DNA from: a bacterium
GTDB lineage: Bacteria > Patescibacteriota > Saccharimonadia > Saccharimonadales > UBA4665
DNA: 64,000 nt
Direction of reading: 5' to 3'
Assembly: GCA_021777375.1 (NCBI GenBank)
Contig: JAJYDV010000001.1
Coordinates: 11,347 to 75,346, forward strand
A program made the translations under genes and the position numbers. This document shows, piece by piece, positions 19,780-29,691 of this stretch (the first letter of the stretch is position 1; every line of letters begins with the position of its first letter). Under the pieces are notes generated by a model. The model made no database searches, was not told the origin of the DNA, and worked only from the letters and a program-made list of their open reading frames with translations.

Positions 19780-21291
19780 ATGGCAACTATTGCCGAACTG
19801 CGTAAGGAAAGACTGCGTAAACTTGATATATTAAAACAACTGGGAATCAACCCTTATCCTGCTCATGTTGAGCGCAGCCATACCCTAAAAGATGTAGCTG
19901 AACATTTTAATGAATTGGAAAATACCTCGGTAAAGGTAGTTGGGCGTATAGTTACGTTGCGCAAGCTTGGTAAGATAGCATTTGTTGTTATTCGCGACCA
20001 GAGTGGTCAAATTCAACTGCTGCTTAGCGAACAGTCCCTTGAAGGACTAGATTCCAAAAATGAACAACTGGGCTTTAGCGAATTATCACTTCTTGATAAT
20101 GGCGATTTTGTTTTCGCAGACGGCAAGGTGATGAATAGCCGGTCTGGAGAGTTATCGATCCAAGTTAACAAACTACGCCTTCTGGCTAAAAGCTTGAGGC
20201 CCTTACCACTAAGTAGAGAGGGCTTTACTAATAAAGAAGAGCGTCTCAGACGCCGCTACGTTGATATGAACGTTAATCCAGACATTCGGGAGCGTTTCAT
20301 CCGTCGTAGCCGTTTCTGGCAAGCTACGCGCGATTTTCTTAACAATAAGGGTTTCATTGAAATAAACGTTCCGGTGCTCGAGCATACCACTGGAGGAGCA
20401 GATGCTACACCTTTCGTCACACATATGAATGCTCTAGGAGAAGACTTCTATTTAAGAATTAGTCATGAGCTACCTCTAAAACGCTTACTTGGCGGCGGAT
20501 ATGAGAAAGTTTATGATATTGGTCCGCGTTTTAGGAATGAAAATTATAGTGACGAACACTTGCCCGAACATGTAGCCATGGAGTGGTACTGGGCATTCGC
20601 TGATTGGCGCGATGGTATGAAATTGCAGACGGAAATGTTTAGGCAAATTGCGCTTCAAACATTTGGTACTTTGCAATTCAATATCGGGAAGTTTGACGTT
20701 AACCTAGAAGATGAATGGGAGGAGTGGGATTATGCTCAGACTCTTGCAAAACACTATGACGGACTGGACATTTTTAACACCAGTTTGGAACAAGTCAGAG
20801 AGCTACTGAGCAAGTATCACCTAGAAGTTGCCGATAGTGATAATCTTGCTCGTGGCATAGATAAACTGTGGAAGAATATTCGTTCAACAGTGACTGGCCC
20901 GATTTGGTTGGTTGATACGCCGACGTTTATTAGCCCGCTGGCTAAAACAAATCCTGATAGGCCTAATACCACCCAGCGTTTCCAAGCAGTCTTTGCTGGC
21001 AGTGAAGTTAGCAACGGCTTCTCGGAGCTTAATGACCCGATAGAGCAATATGACCGTTTCCTTGAACAACAGAAAATGAGAGCAAATGGCGACGATGAAG
21101 CGATGATGATGGATATTGATTTCGTCGAGATGCTGGAATATGGAATGCCTCCGGCTTGCGGGCTCGGTTTTAGTGAACGCGTATTCTGGCTGCTTGAGGG
21201 AGTGACTGCGCGCGAAGGAGTCCCATTTCCGAATTTACGGCGCGATATCGACCCTAATTCAAAAGCTCTTTACCCGAAAGCTAACCTGTAG
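19780..21291 (+). CDS. lysS: Lysyl-tRNA synthetase, class II
   Basis: OB-fold N-domain, and class II core with GPRFRNE and SNGFSELNDP. Confidence 0.93.
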   Translation: MATIAELRKERLRKLDILKQLGINPYPAHVERSHTLKDVAEHFNELENTSVKVVGRIVTLRKLGKIAFVVIRDQSGQIQLLLSEQSLEGLDSKNEQLGFSELSLLDNGDFVFADGKVMNSRSGELSIQVNKLRLLAKSLRPLPLSREGFTNKEERLRRRYVDMNVNPDIRERFIRRSRFWQATRDFLNNKGFIEINVPVLEHTTGGADATPFVTHMNALGEDFYLRISHELPLKRLLGGGYEKVYDIGPRFRNENYSDEHLPEHVAMEWYWAFADWRDGMKLQTEMFRQIALQTFGTLQFNIGKFDVNLEDEWEEWDYAQTLAKHYDGLDIFNTSLEQVRELLSKYHLEVADSDNLARGIDKLWKNIRSTVTGPIWLVDTPTFISPLAKTNPDRPNTTQRFQAVFAGSEVSNGFSELNDPIEQYDRFLEQQKMRANGDDEAMMMDIDFVEMLEYGMPPACGLGFSERVFWLLEGVTAREGVPFPNLRRDIDPNSKALYPKANL

Positions 21292-21297
21292 TCAAAA

Positions 21298-21669
21298 ATG
21301 GTTAGCATTGACGATGAATTATTCCAGAAGCTAACTATTCAGGCTTTAGACAGTCTTCCGGGAGAACATGCTAAAAATATTGCCAATGTCGCGATAATTT
21401 ATGCTGATTATCCAGATAATGAGCAGCGTGAAAGACTTAAATTGCGCGACGACCAGACATTGTTCGGGCTGTATGAAGGTATTCCGTTACCATATCGCCA
21501 GGGTCAGACAAGAGTACTTCCGGACAAGATAACTATTTTTAAAGGACCGCTGTCAAACGCCAGTGCAAATATTAACGAACTTCAAGAAAATATCCGTCAT
21601 ACGCTATGGCATGAGATAGGGCATTACTATGGTCTTGATCATAACAAGATCCGTGAGCTGGAAAGCTGA
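21298..21669 (+). CDS. Small zincin-like metallopeptidase family protein
   Basis: C-terminal HEIGHYYGLDH (HExxH) and LFGLYEGIP, typical of the 120-aa 'possible zinc metallopeptidase' family. Confidence 0.7.
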   Translation: MVSIDDELFQKLTIQALDSLPGEHAKNIANVAIIYADYPDNEQRERLKLRDDQTLFGLYEGIPLPYRQGQTRVLPDKITIFKGPLSNASANINELQENIRHTLWHEIGHYYGLDHNKIRELES

Positions 21670-21744
21670 GAGGTGCTAGAACCATTAATACCGAGACTTT
21701 GGCAAAGCATTGTAGCAAGCTTATAGTTAATCGAGAAAATAAAT

Positions 21745-22398
21745 ATGCGTGCAGTCATTTTTGATTTTGACGGAACCATCGCCGATAGCTTTACGGCTGT
21801 TATAGATATTGCGTATAGATTGACACAGAGCGAACTATTAGCCGATACCAATCATGTGCATAAACTACGCAATAAACATAACGGTCTTAGAGAGGCGATT
21901 CGAATACTTGATATTCCGCATTGGAAGGGAGCTTGGATGTTAAAGAAGGGCCGGAAAATGATGGCCCGGGATATTAAAGACATACCGTTGTTTGAAGGTA
22001 TGGGCCAGGCAATAGCTAGATTAAGTGATGCGAAGTTTGAGCTCTTTGTTGTTACAAGTAATAGCACGAGTAATGTTGAGCGTTTTTTGTCCAACCACGG
22101 CATACTTGATGATTTTAAGGCGATTTACGGCGGTGCTGGAATGTTTAGTAAACAGCGCCTGATTAAGAAAGCTATGAAGCTAAACCGACTTAGCCCGAAT
22201 ACGGCAATATATGTTGGAGACGAAGTTAGAGATATAGAAGCCGCCAAAGAACTAAAGATGCCGGTAGTCGCCATAACCTGGGGGTACAATACCGAACAGC
22301 TATTACTGCGTCACCACCCAACTCTAGTTGCTCGCAATCCAAAGCAAATGGTCGAAAACATTATTGAATGGAACATGAGGAGTATTAATCAGACTTAA
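21745..22398 (+). CDS. HAD-superfamily hydrolase (phosphatase)
   Basis: Motif I FDFDGTIADS, motif II VVTSNS, motif IV VGDEVRD. Confidence 0.85.
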   Translation: MRAVIFDFDGTIADSFTAVIDIAYRLTQSELLADTNHVHKLRNKHNGLREAIRILDIPHWKGAWMLKKGRKMMARDIKDIPLFEGMGQAIARLSDAKFELFVVTSNSTSNVERFLSNHGILDDFKAIYGGAGMFSKQRLIKKAMKLNRLSPNTAIYVGDEVRDIEAAKELKMPVVAITWGYNTEQLLLRHHPTLVARNPKQMVENIIEWNMRSINQT

Positions 22399-22498
22399 GG
22401 CAGGAGACTTACTATGTCACTTAAGCTGAAATGTCAATGATTGCCAAAAACTCCCAAGGCCGAAAACTTAAAGACTACCTGCTACAATTAGAATTAAC

Positions 22499-23314
22499 AT
22501 GGCAATAACCAGAAGTAGACCTTATGAAGTCGGTCAGTCGGAACCGTATAAGATATCAAGAAGCAAAATTGAATTGTTCATGCAGTGCCAGCGTTGTTTT
22601 TGGCTAGATGCTAGGTTGCGAATAGTGAGACCCTCCAGCCCTCCGTTCACGATTAATAAAGCCATTGACGAGCTATTTAAACGAGAGTTCGATAGTTATC
22701 GAGCACAGGGTAAGGCGCATCCTCTTATGGAACAATTCTCAGTTGATGCGGTGCCGATGCAACACGATAAATTAAATACTTGGCGCCAAAATTTTACTGG
22801 AGTTTCAGTTTTACATGAGCCAACTAATCTTTGGGTATATGGGGCAATTGATGATTTGTGGGTGGATTCCAAGGGGCAGGCAATTGTGGTTGACTATAAA
22901 GCTACTGCAAAGGAGCAGGGCGTATCCATTGATAGCGCCTGGCAGGTAAGCTATAAGCGGCAGCTTGAGGTTTATCAGTGGCTGCTAAGACAAAATGGCC
23001 TTACGGTAGCCGACAAAGGTTACTTTGTCTACACCAACGCAGTTGTTTCTGCCGATGGCTTTTATGACAAAGTGGACTTTGTAACTAAGTTGATTCCTTA
23101 TGTTGGCAACGATGCCTGGGTAGAGCCGACCTTAATTAAGATGAAATCCTGTCTCGATAGTGATGAGATGCCACCAGTAGGGAACGCAGCAATGGGAGGG
23201 GTCTGTGAATTTTGCCAATACGCACGATCTAGAACCGAACTGACGTTGTCTGCTCTAGAATTGTCTCCCAAGAAGGTAAAAAATAAATCAAGCGGAAGGG
23301 CCAAGCGCAGATGA
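22499..23314 (+). CDS. PD-(D/E)XK (RecB/Cas4-like) nuclease with Cys cluster
   Basis: Motifs GAIDDLW, VVDYKAT (D-x-K) and QLEVYQWLL (QxxxY). Cys residues are CQRC at the N-terminus and C..CEFC at the C-terminus. Confidence 0.7.
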   Translation: MAITRSRPYEVGQSEPYKISRSKIELFMQCQRCFWLDARLRIVRPSSPPFTINKAIDELFKREFDSYRAQGKAHPLMEQFSVDAVPMQHDKLNTWRQNFTGVSVLHEPTNLWVYGAIDDLWVDSKGQAIVVDYKATAKEQGVSIDSAWQVSYKRQLEVYQWLLRQNGLTVADKGYFVYTNAVVSADGFYDKVDFVTKLIPYVGNDAWVEPTLIKMKSCLDSDEMPPVGNAAMGGVCEFCQYARSRTELTLSALELSPKKVKNKSSGRAKRR

Positions 23315-24609
23315 TAGATATTAATTTCGTTCGTGAAAATCCCGACCTGGTGGCTAAAGGGTCAATGCAGAAGGGAATTAAGGTTGATATTGGCAAGTTG
23401 CTTATCCTGGACGAGCACCGACGTGATTTGCTTAACCAAATTGATAGCGTGAGACAAGAACGCAACCAAGTTGCTCAAGCATCATCTGGGAAAAAACCTG
23501 ACACTGAACAGCAGGCAAGAGGTCAGCAACTAAAAGCCAAGCTTACTCAACTTGAAAGTGATTTTAAAGAGGCAGACAAAGATTTTTTGAAACTGCTTCG
23601 AGCGGTACCAAACATGCCACTGGAAGATGTCCCAATTGGTGATAGCGAAGACGAGAATGTGGTCTATAAGACTGGAGGAAATCCGCCTCAGTTTTCTTTT
23701 ACGCCGCTATCTCATCAAGAAATCGGTGAAAAACTGGATTTAATTGATAAAGTTAGAGCTGCAAAAATTGCCGGTAGCAGGTTTGTATATCTTAAAGCCG
23801 ATTTGGTTCGACTCCAGTTTGCAATTATTGCGTTTGTTATTAATGAGCTAGGCAATAAGGAGGTGATTGCTAAGCTTATCGCCGACAACCACCTAAATAT
23901 TCCAAACCACCCGTTTGTACCAGTTTTGCCTCCAGCGCTGCTGAAGACCGCCCCCTATGAGGCTAGTGCAAGGCTGAACGCTGAAGAGACAACATATAAG
24001 ATTGAGCAGGATGATCTTTGGCTAAATGCTAGCGCCGAGCATACGCTTTGCACGATGTTTATGGATGAAGTATTGCCCAAAGATGAATTGCCACTACGCT
24101 TTATTGGATATTCGACAAGCTTTCGACGCGAAGCAGGTAGTTACGGTAAGGATTTTGAGGGAATCCTGCGCCTGCATCAATTTGATAAGTTAGAAATGGA
24201 AGTCTTCTCGACAGCGGAAAGCGGACTAGAAGAGCACAAGCTACTGGTTGCTATTCAAGAGCACCTGGTAAGTAGCCTGGGCTTGCCATACCAGATTATG
24301 AATAAGTGTACATTTGATATAGGTAAACCTAATGCCCGAGGGGTAGATATTAACACTTGGTTTCCGTCGCAACAGCTTTACCGTGAAACGCACTCAGCCG
24401 ATTACTTAACAGATTACCAAACGCGAGATCTTAAGATTCGTACCCGTAGTGATAACAATAAGCTGGAATTGGTGCACACAAATGATGCTACGGCTTTCGC
24501 TTTTAGCCGAATCCTGGCGGCGATTATGGAGAATTACCAAGATCAGGATGGTCACTTTAATGTGCCACCAGTTCTGGTACCCTATCTTGGTGGCCAAGTA
24601 AAAATTTAG
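23311..24609 (+). CDS. serS: Seryl-tRNA synthetase
   Basis: N-terminal coiled coil. Class II motif 2 FRREAGSYGKD. 4-nt ATGA overlap with the upstream gene. Confidence 0.93.
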   Translation: MIDINFVRENPDLVAKGSMQKGIKVDIGKLLILDEHRRDLLNQIDSVRQERNQVAQASSGKKPDTEQQARGQQLKAKLTQLESDFKEADKDFLKLLRAVPNMPLEDVPIGDSEDENVVYKTGGNPPQFSFTPLSHQEIGEKLDLIDKVRAAKIAGSRFVYLKADLVRLQFAIIAFVINELGNKEVIAKLIADNHLNIPNHPFVPVLPPALLKTAPYEASARLNAEETTYKIEQDDLWLNASAEHTLCTMFMDEVLPKDELPLRFIGYSTSFRREAGSYGKDFEGILRLHQFDKLEMEVFSTAESGLEEHKLLVAIQEHLVSSLGLPYQIMNKCTFDIGKPNARGVDINTWFPSQQLYRETHSADYLTDYQTRDLKIRTRSDNNKLELVHTNDATAFAFSRILAAIMENYQDQDGHFNVPPVLVPYLGGQVKI

Positions 24610-24700
24610 TCACACTTATAGAGAGTCACATTGTAAAATAAAACATGGAGGGTTCTCATGCCCAGTTCTTTAAACATTAAGATAAAAGGAGTGTGATCAT

Positions 24701-25081
24701 ATGATACGGAATCTTGATTTTCATAGCGTGCATACTTCACTTGACGAAAAACTTAAGCAATATATTAGCCATAAGCTGGACGGACTCGATAAGTACGTTT
24801 CACCATTTGCGCGACGGAGCATGCGGATCGAGATTTTTGCCAAAGAGAATAAAACGCACGGCGCAAAGCGCTATGAGTTTGAAGCGGTCACTCATTTACC
24901 GAAGGAAATAATCCGTATTCGTGAAGAAACCGATAACATGCAGGCTGCGGTAGATATTGTTGAAGAAAAATTAAAACAGGCGTTAATGCGTTATAAAGAT
25001 ATCCATGACAACCCCAAACGTTGGCGACATCTTCTTAAACGTTCACACGGCAAAACCAAGGAGAATAATAAGCTAAAATAG
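24701..25081 (+). CDS. hpf: Ribosome hibernation promoting factor (HPF/RaiA, short form)
   Basis: S30AE-family pattern (..LKQYISHKL..LDKY..A.V.AV.HLP...IR..E...NMQAAVD.V.EKL..QL.R.K). 126 aa. Confidence 0.8.
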   Translation: MIRNLDFHSVHTSLDEKLKQYISHKLDGLDKYVSPFARRSMRIEIFAKENKTHGAKRYEFEAVTHLPKEIIRIREETDNMQAAVDIVEEKLKQALMRYKDIHDNPKRWRHLLKRSHGKTKENNKLK

Positions 25082-25175
25082 CCTGGTTGGCACATTTTTG
25101 ACACTTAGAACAAAGCCGACCTGTCTAAAAATCTTTAATATAAAGCCTCAATGACAGCAAAATCGATATAACTGT

Positions 25176-25925
25176 CTAGTTGTTGCTATCGCTTTCGTAT
25201 GTACCTGAACTTATAGTTATATTAGTCAGACTAACGCTACTAGACATAAGGGATGAAGTAAAGTGAACGGTTAGCATACCAAGTCCAACTAACAAGAAAA
25301 GAAGGATTATTTTCCGGCTAGCACCCCATTTGGACTTAATTTTATTAATACGACTAGCTAAATGCCTTTCTTCTTCTTCAACTTCCTCAACGACATCTTT
25401 AGCAACAGTTACTGCTAACTTTCTGGCTGCATAAATCTTGGCAATTTCATTTTTGATGTTTGCCATCTCCTGATACACGATGATAACCGCCGGAACTATA
25501 ACTAAAATAATCAAACCGGGTAAGGTCTTAACCCAACTAATTGCGTAGCCAATATAAGGGACTACAGAGGTGACCTTTCCGAGTATCATAGACTTGGGTA
25601 CTGGGTAGGCGTCGGGTGTACTGTTTGCGTCCCCCTTAAGGGTATATTCGTTAACACCATTAACGTTAGCGATTTTGATAATTCTGTGAGTAATAGAGCC
25701 TTGGCTATTGGGCAATTGATAAGTAACTATATTTCCGACTGCATAGCTTCTGTCTGTTTTATCTAAGATCAAGCTTCCAGTCTGGATTTTTGGCTGCATT
25801 GAGCCTGATTTGTCGATATAAAGTCTATACCCAAACAAATCCATGCTTAGACCCATAATTAGTAGCGACCCTAGGATTACTATGCCGATGGGCGCAACCT
25901 TGGTTATTTTTTGAAATCTCACCAA
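25176..25925 (-). CDS. sipW: SipW-type (ER/archaeal-type, S26B) signal peptidase I with long two-TM C-terminal extension
   Basis: Ser box KSGSMQPKI, His box SITHRI and GDANSTPD, i.e. a Ser-His type without the P-type Lys box. Residues 131-249 add two TM helices and an acidic linker. Confidence 0.8.
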   Translation of the reverse strand: MVRFQKITKVAPIGIVILGSLLIMGLSMDLFGYRLYIDKSGSMQPKIQTGSLILDKTDRSYAVGNIVTYQLPNSQGSITHRIIKIANVNGVNEYTLKGDANSTPDAYPVPKSMILGKVTSVVPYIGYAISWVKTLPGLIILVIVPAVIIVYQEMANIKNEIAKIYAARKLAVTVAKDVVEEVEEEERHLASRINKIKSKWGASRKIILLFLLVGLGMLTVHFTSSLMSSSVSLTNITISSGTYESDSNN

Positions 25926-25989
25926 AACACTCCTTATCTCCTAAACCTCGTCGGGGCCAAACAAGAGTCCGACCCCAAACGAATGGACC

Positions 25990-26568
25990 TTACTCTGGTT
26001 GGGATACTTGCGTACCGTTAAAGTATAGGTCAAAGCTGACATTGCCGTTTTCATAGCTGTTGCCGGCGTTACTTGCCATCTCCATGTTGAAAGTGAAGTA
26101 TGGCGCTGATCCTGGAGCTATGTTCATTAACTCTATAGGATTTTCATAGTAACTGAGAGGGTGCCATCCAGTGCCGGTTCCGTTACCGTTCCACCAAATT
26201 TGCAGCCACATGGCGTTTCCAAGCCCATTAACTTGTGAAAAGTTTGCAAGCTGAACAGTCGTGTTTAATGTTACATTGTCGGTTGAAGTATTTTTTAAGT
26301 ACACGGTTTGTGAACTCTCTTCGCCAGGATACCATCCTGACCCAAAGTTAAATTGACAACCAGCATAAACATTATTAAATGTTGCGGCCGAAACCGTATT
26401 GTCGAACCATCCGTTTTGGCAAACTTGAGATATCTGTAAATCTACGTTACCGCTAGAAAAACTAACCCCAGTTAAACTCACGCTCTTATTTAAATAAGAG
26501 TGCGTTGCGCCAATCGAAATCGTTGAAACAAAGGCTATGAGTAATACACTCATAAGTATGCTTTTCAT
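25990..26568 (-). CDS. Secreted TasA/camelysin-like protein with SipW-dependent-type signal peptide
   Basis: N-terminus MKSILMSVLLIAFVSTISIGATHSYLNKSVSLTGVSFSSGNVDLQ matches the ..GTxAyFsD...s..n.f.aGtldL pattern of SipW substrates. Strong SD AAGGAGAAAACC before the ATG. Directly upstream of the sipW-like gene. Confidence 0.65.
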   Translation of the reverse strand: MKSILMSVLLIAFVSTISIGATHSYLNKSVSLTGVSFSSGNVDLQISQVCQNGWFDNTVSAATFNNVYAGCQFNFGSGWYPGEESSQTVYLKNTSTDNVTLNTTVQLANFSQVNGLGNAMWLQIWWNGNGTGTGWHPLSYYENPIELMNIAPGSAPYFTFNMEMASNAGNSYENGNVSFDLYFNGTQVSQPE

Positions 26569-27014
26569 GGTTTTCTCCTTTAAGAAACCTTAATTGTGGC
26601 GGATCGACCATTTAAACGCACCACTTCCACCGCACTTGTCTCCCGTAAAACAGGATTATCTTCATCAATACTCCTAATTTGCTTCAATAGCAATAATATA
26701 GGACGGTAATGATCACTTATTACAACATTTGTTGTTCCCTAAAATGCCAAAAGATACTCTTACCAAAATAGTTATGCTTTGAATATTTTGTTTGGAATAA
26801 AATCCAATCGATTATTTACCACGGTATACCTTGACTAACCCATACTGAGTCGGGTTTACGATTGTGAAAATTTTAAATATCATAAACAGATAGCAACTAC
26901 CAACCTAATATCCATGACTTTTTACTATATTGAATGTAAAATCTGCCAAGACTCTAGGTTAGGATAGGGTATAATTGGAGTAAGAAATTTATTAAATTAA
27001 GGCGTCGGAGTTAA

Positions 27015-29675
27015 ATGCACGTTGTTTTAAAAAAAATATTAGGCGATCCGCAGGGTAAAACGCTTAGAAGACTAAAAAAACGGGTAAGCGAAATCAACGC
27101 CCTTAGTGATAAGTATGCCAAACTAAGCGATGCTGAGTTGCGTAAACAAACCGATGTACTGAAGAAACGGCTAGTCAAAGAATCGCTTGATGATATATTG
27201 CCCGATGCGTTTGCGGTTGTTAGGGAGGCATCAACCCGTACTCTAGGGCAACGGCATTTCGATGTTCAGTTGATTGGAGGCATGGTATTACACGAAGGGC
27301 GAGTTGCCGAAATGAAGACCGGTGAAGGAAAAACACTTGTCGCAACTTTGCCGGTATACCTAAACGCGCTTACTGGTAAAGGTGTTCATGTCGTAACCGT
27401 TAACGACTATTTAGCTCAACGTGATGCCGGCTGGATGGCTCAGATATACCATTTTCTTGGCATGAAAGTCGGAGTAATTATGCCAGACCACTCCTTTATA
27501 TATGATCCGACATATGAGAACAAACAGCATGATGACCCACGGATGCGTCATCTTTTAGAAACCTCGCGTCAAGAAGCTTATGCTGCGGACATTACCTATG
27601 GAACAAATAACGAGTACGGCTTTGACTACCTAAGAGACAACATGGTGCGTGAAGTTGATCAACTGCGTCAGCGTGATCTAAACTTTGCGATTGTTGACGA
27701 AGTCGACTCAATACTAATTGACGAAGCTAGAACACCTTTAATCATTAGTGCACCCAGCGTAACTAGTGGCACTGCTTATGCCCAGTTCGCAAAAATTGTC
27801 CGACCATTAAAACTCGATAAGGATTACGAGACAGATGAGAAACGCAAGCAGGTAATCTTGACTGATAAAGGTGTTGATAGACTTGAGAAGACGCTAGGCA
27901 TTTCGAATCTTTATGCTAGCGAGAATATTCGGACCATCTATCACCTCCAGCAAGCGCTTAAAGCGCAGGCCCTATTTAAGAGGGATAAGGATTACGTGGT
28001 TACCAAAGAGGGTGAAGTAGTAATTGTTGATGAGTTTACCGGTCGTTTACTTCACGGTCGTCGATATAATGAAGGTCTGCACCAGGCAATTGAGGCCAAA
28101 GAAGGCGTTGAGGTGCAGGAAGAATCTTCTACCTTGGCAACGATTTCGTTCCAAAACTACTTCCGTCTTTACGATAAATTATCTGGAATGACCGGAACGG
28201 CAATGACCGAGAGTGAAGAATTTCATCAGATATATAAGCTTGAGGTAGTAGATATACCACCTAACAAGCCAATGACCAGAGATGATCGCCCAGACCGGAT
28301 CTATAAGACTGAAACAGCAAAGTTTAAAGCTATTGTCCGAGAAGTTGAGATGCTCCACGTTAAAGGCCAGCCGGTACTGTTAGGCACCGCATCAATTGAA
28401 AAAAATGAAGTATTAAGTACTTTACTGCGCAAAGCAAATATTCCGCATCAAATGTTAAACGCAAAAAATAATGAGCGTGAGGCTGGAATTATTGCCAAAG
28501 CCGGCGAAAAAGGAGCCGTTACTCTTGCTACTAATATAGCCGGTCGTGGTACTGACATTGTGCTTGGCGAAGGTGTAGTTAAACTTGGCGGATTATTTGT
28601 TCTAGGGTCCGAAAGACATGAATCACGGCGTATCGATAATCAGTTGCGAGGTCGTGCTGGACGTCAGGGAGATCCCGGTGTAACTCAATTCTTTGTCAGT
28701 ACTGAAGACGATTTGATGCGTATATTCGGTGGTGAGCGGATCGGCTCGATAATGAACCGTTTAGGAGCAGGTGAGGATACGCCGATTGAAAACCGGATAA
28801 TTTCTCGTTCACTTGAGAAAGCACAAGAGCGAGTTGAGGGTTTTAACTTCGATCAACGAAAGAATGTCGTGCAGTACGACGACGTGATGAACCGACAGCG
28901 CAAAGCTATCTATTCAATGCGTCGTGAAATACTAAAGGCCGAAGACATCAGCAAGCGCATTAAGAGTTCAATCGAGGAAGAAGTACACGCGATTGCGACC
29001 TCTCCACAACTGCTAGATGAGGATTTTGACCAGCAGGTCAAAGAAGTATTTCCTTTTGATGATCCAACACTGGACCGCCTTTTTGACACCGAAGCCGATA
29101 AATTTGAACATGATCTACTTTCTGGGGCTAAAGAATTATATGCAGCCAGGGAGAGTTCCTTTGGTACGAATTTTATGCGTCGCCTAGAGCGAGATGTTTA
29201 TCTGCAGGTTTTGGATGATCAGTGGATGCAGCACCTTGAAGATATGGATCACTTAAGGGAAGGAATTCACTGGATGGGCGTTGGACAGCAGGACCCGTTA
29301 GTTGAGTACCGTCGGCAAGGTCAAATCTTGTTTGATACAATGCAGCAAAATCTTACGCATCTTGTAGTTAGAATGGTATTTAACACCTACCCGGTAGATG
29401 TTGGCGAACTAGATCGTCCTGTCGAGACCGTATTAACACGTGCTGCCCGTAGTTCTATCGAAAATGCCGGTTCGATAGTGCGAAACCAAGAAGAGTTCCA
29501 TGAAGATGACTTTGACCCGGCGAGTATCCTAAGCGCGGCGGTTGATTCAATCCCCACTACGACTAACACTAAGCCCAAAGCTGGCTCAAAGAAGGTAGCT
29601 AGCACCAATAACCGTCGTCAAGCTCGTAAAGCCGAGCGCAAACGCAAAACCGCCGCAAAGCGGAGAAAGCACTAG
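27015..29675 (+). CDS. secA: Preprotein translocase ATPase SecA
   Basis: Walker A MKTGEGKTL and DEVDSILIDEARTPLIIS. 886 aa with a basic C-terminal tail and no Cys zinc site. Confidence 0.96.
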   Translation: MHVVLKKILGDPQGKTLRRLKKRVSEINALSDKYAKLSDAELRKQTDVLKKRLVKESLDDILPDAFAVVREASTRTLGQRHFDVQLIGGMVLHEGRVAEMKTGEGKTLVATLPVYLNALTGKGVHVVTVNDYLAQRDAGWMAQIYHFLGMKVGVIMPDHSFIYDPTYENKQHDDPRMRHLLETSRQEAYAADITYGTNNEYGFDYLRDNMVREVDQLRQRDLNFAIVDEVDSILIDEARTPLIISAPSVTSGTAYAQFAKIVRPLKLDKDYETDEKRKQVILTDKGVDRLEKTLGISNLYASENIRTIYHLQQALKAQALFKRDKDYVVTKEGEVVIVDEFTGRLLHGRRYNEGLHQAIEAKEGVEVQEESSTLATISFQNYFRLYDKLSGMTGTAMTESEEFHQIYKLEVVDIPPNKPMTRDDRPDRIYKTETAKFKAIVREVEMLHVKGQPVLLGTASIEKNEVLSTLLRKANIPHQMLNAKNNEREAGIIAKAGEKGAVTLATNIAGRGTDIVLGEGVVKLGGLFVLGSERHESRRIDNQLRGRAGRQGDPGVTQFFVSTEDDLMRIFGGERIGSIMNRLGAGEDTPIENRIISRSLEKAQERVEGFNFDQRKNVVQYDDVMNRQRKAIYSMRREILKAEDISKRIKSSIEEEVHAIATSPQLLDEDFDQQVKEVFPFDDPTLDRLFDTEADKFEHDLLSGAKELYAARESSFGTNFMRRLERDVYLQVLDDQWMQHLEDMDHLREGIHWMGVGQQDPLVEYRRQGQILFDTMQQNLTHLVVRMVFNTYPVDVGELDRPVETVLTRAARSSIENAGSIVRNQEEFHEDDFDPASILSAAVDSIPTTTNTKPKAGSKKVASTNNRRQARKAERKRKTAAKRRKH

Positions 29676-29691
29676 TGTTATTTAGTCACCC

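Noticed and set aside
24607-24700. Structured hpf leader (TCACACT at 24610-24616 can pair with AGTGTGA at 24690-24696 next to the SD), considered as a raiA-motif-like RNA.
   Set aside because: The spacer is only 91 nt, far shorter than the raiA motif RNA. A single 7-bp pairing is within chance expectation.
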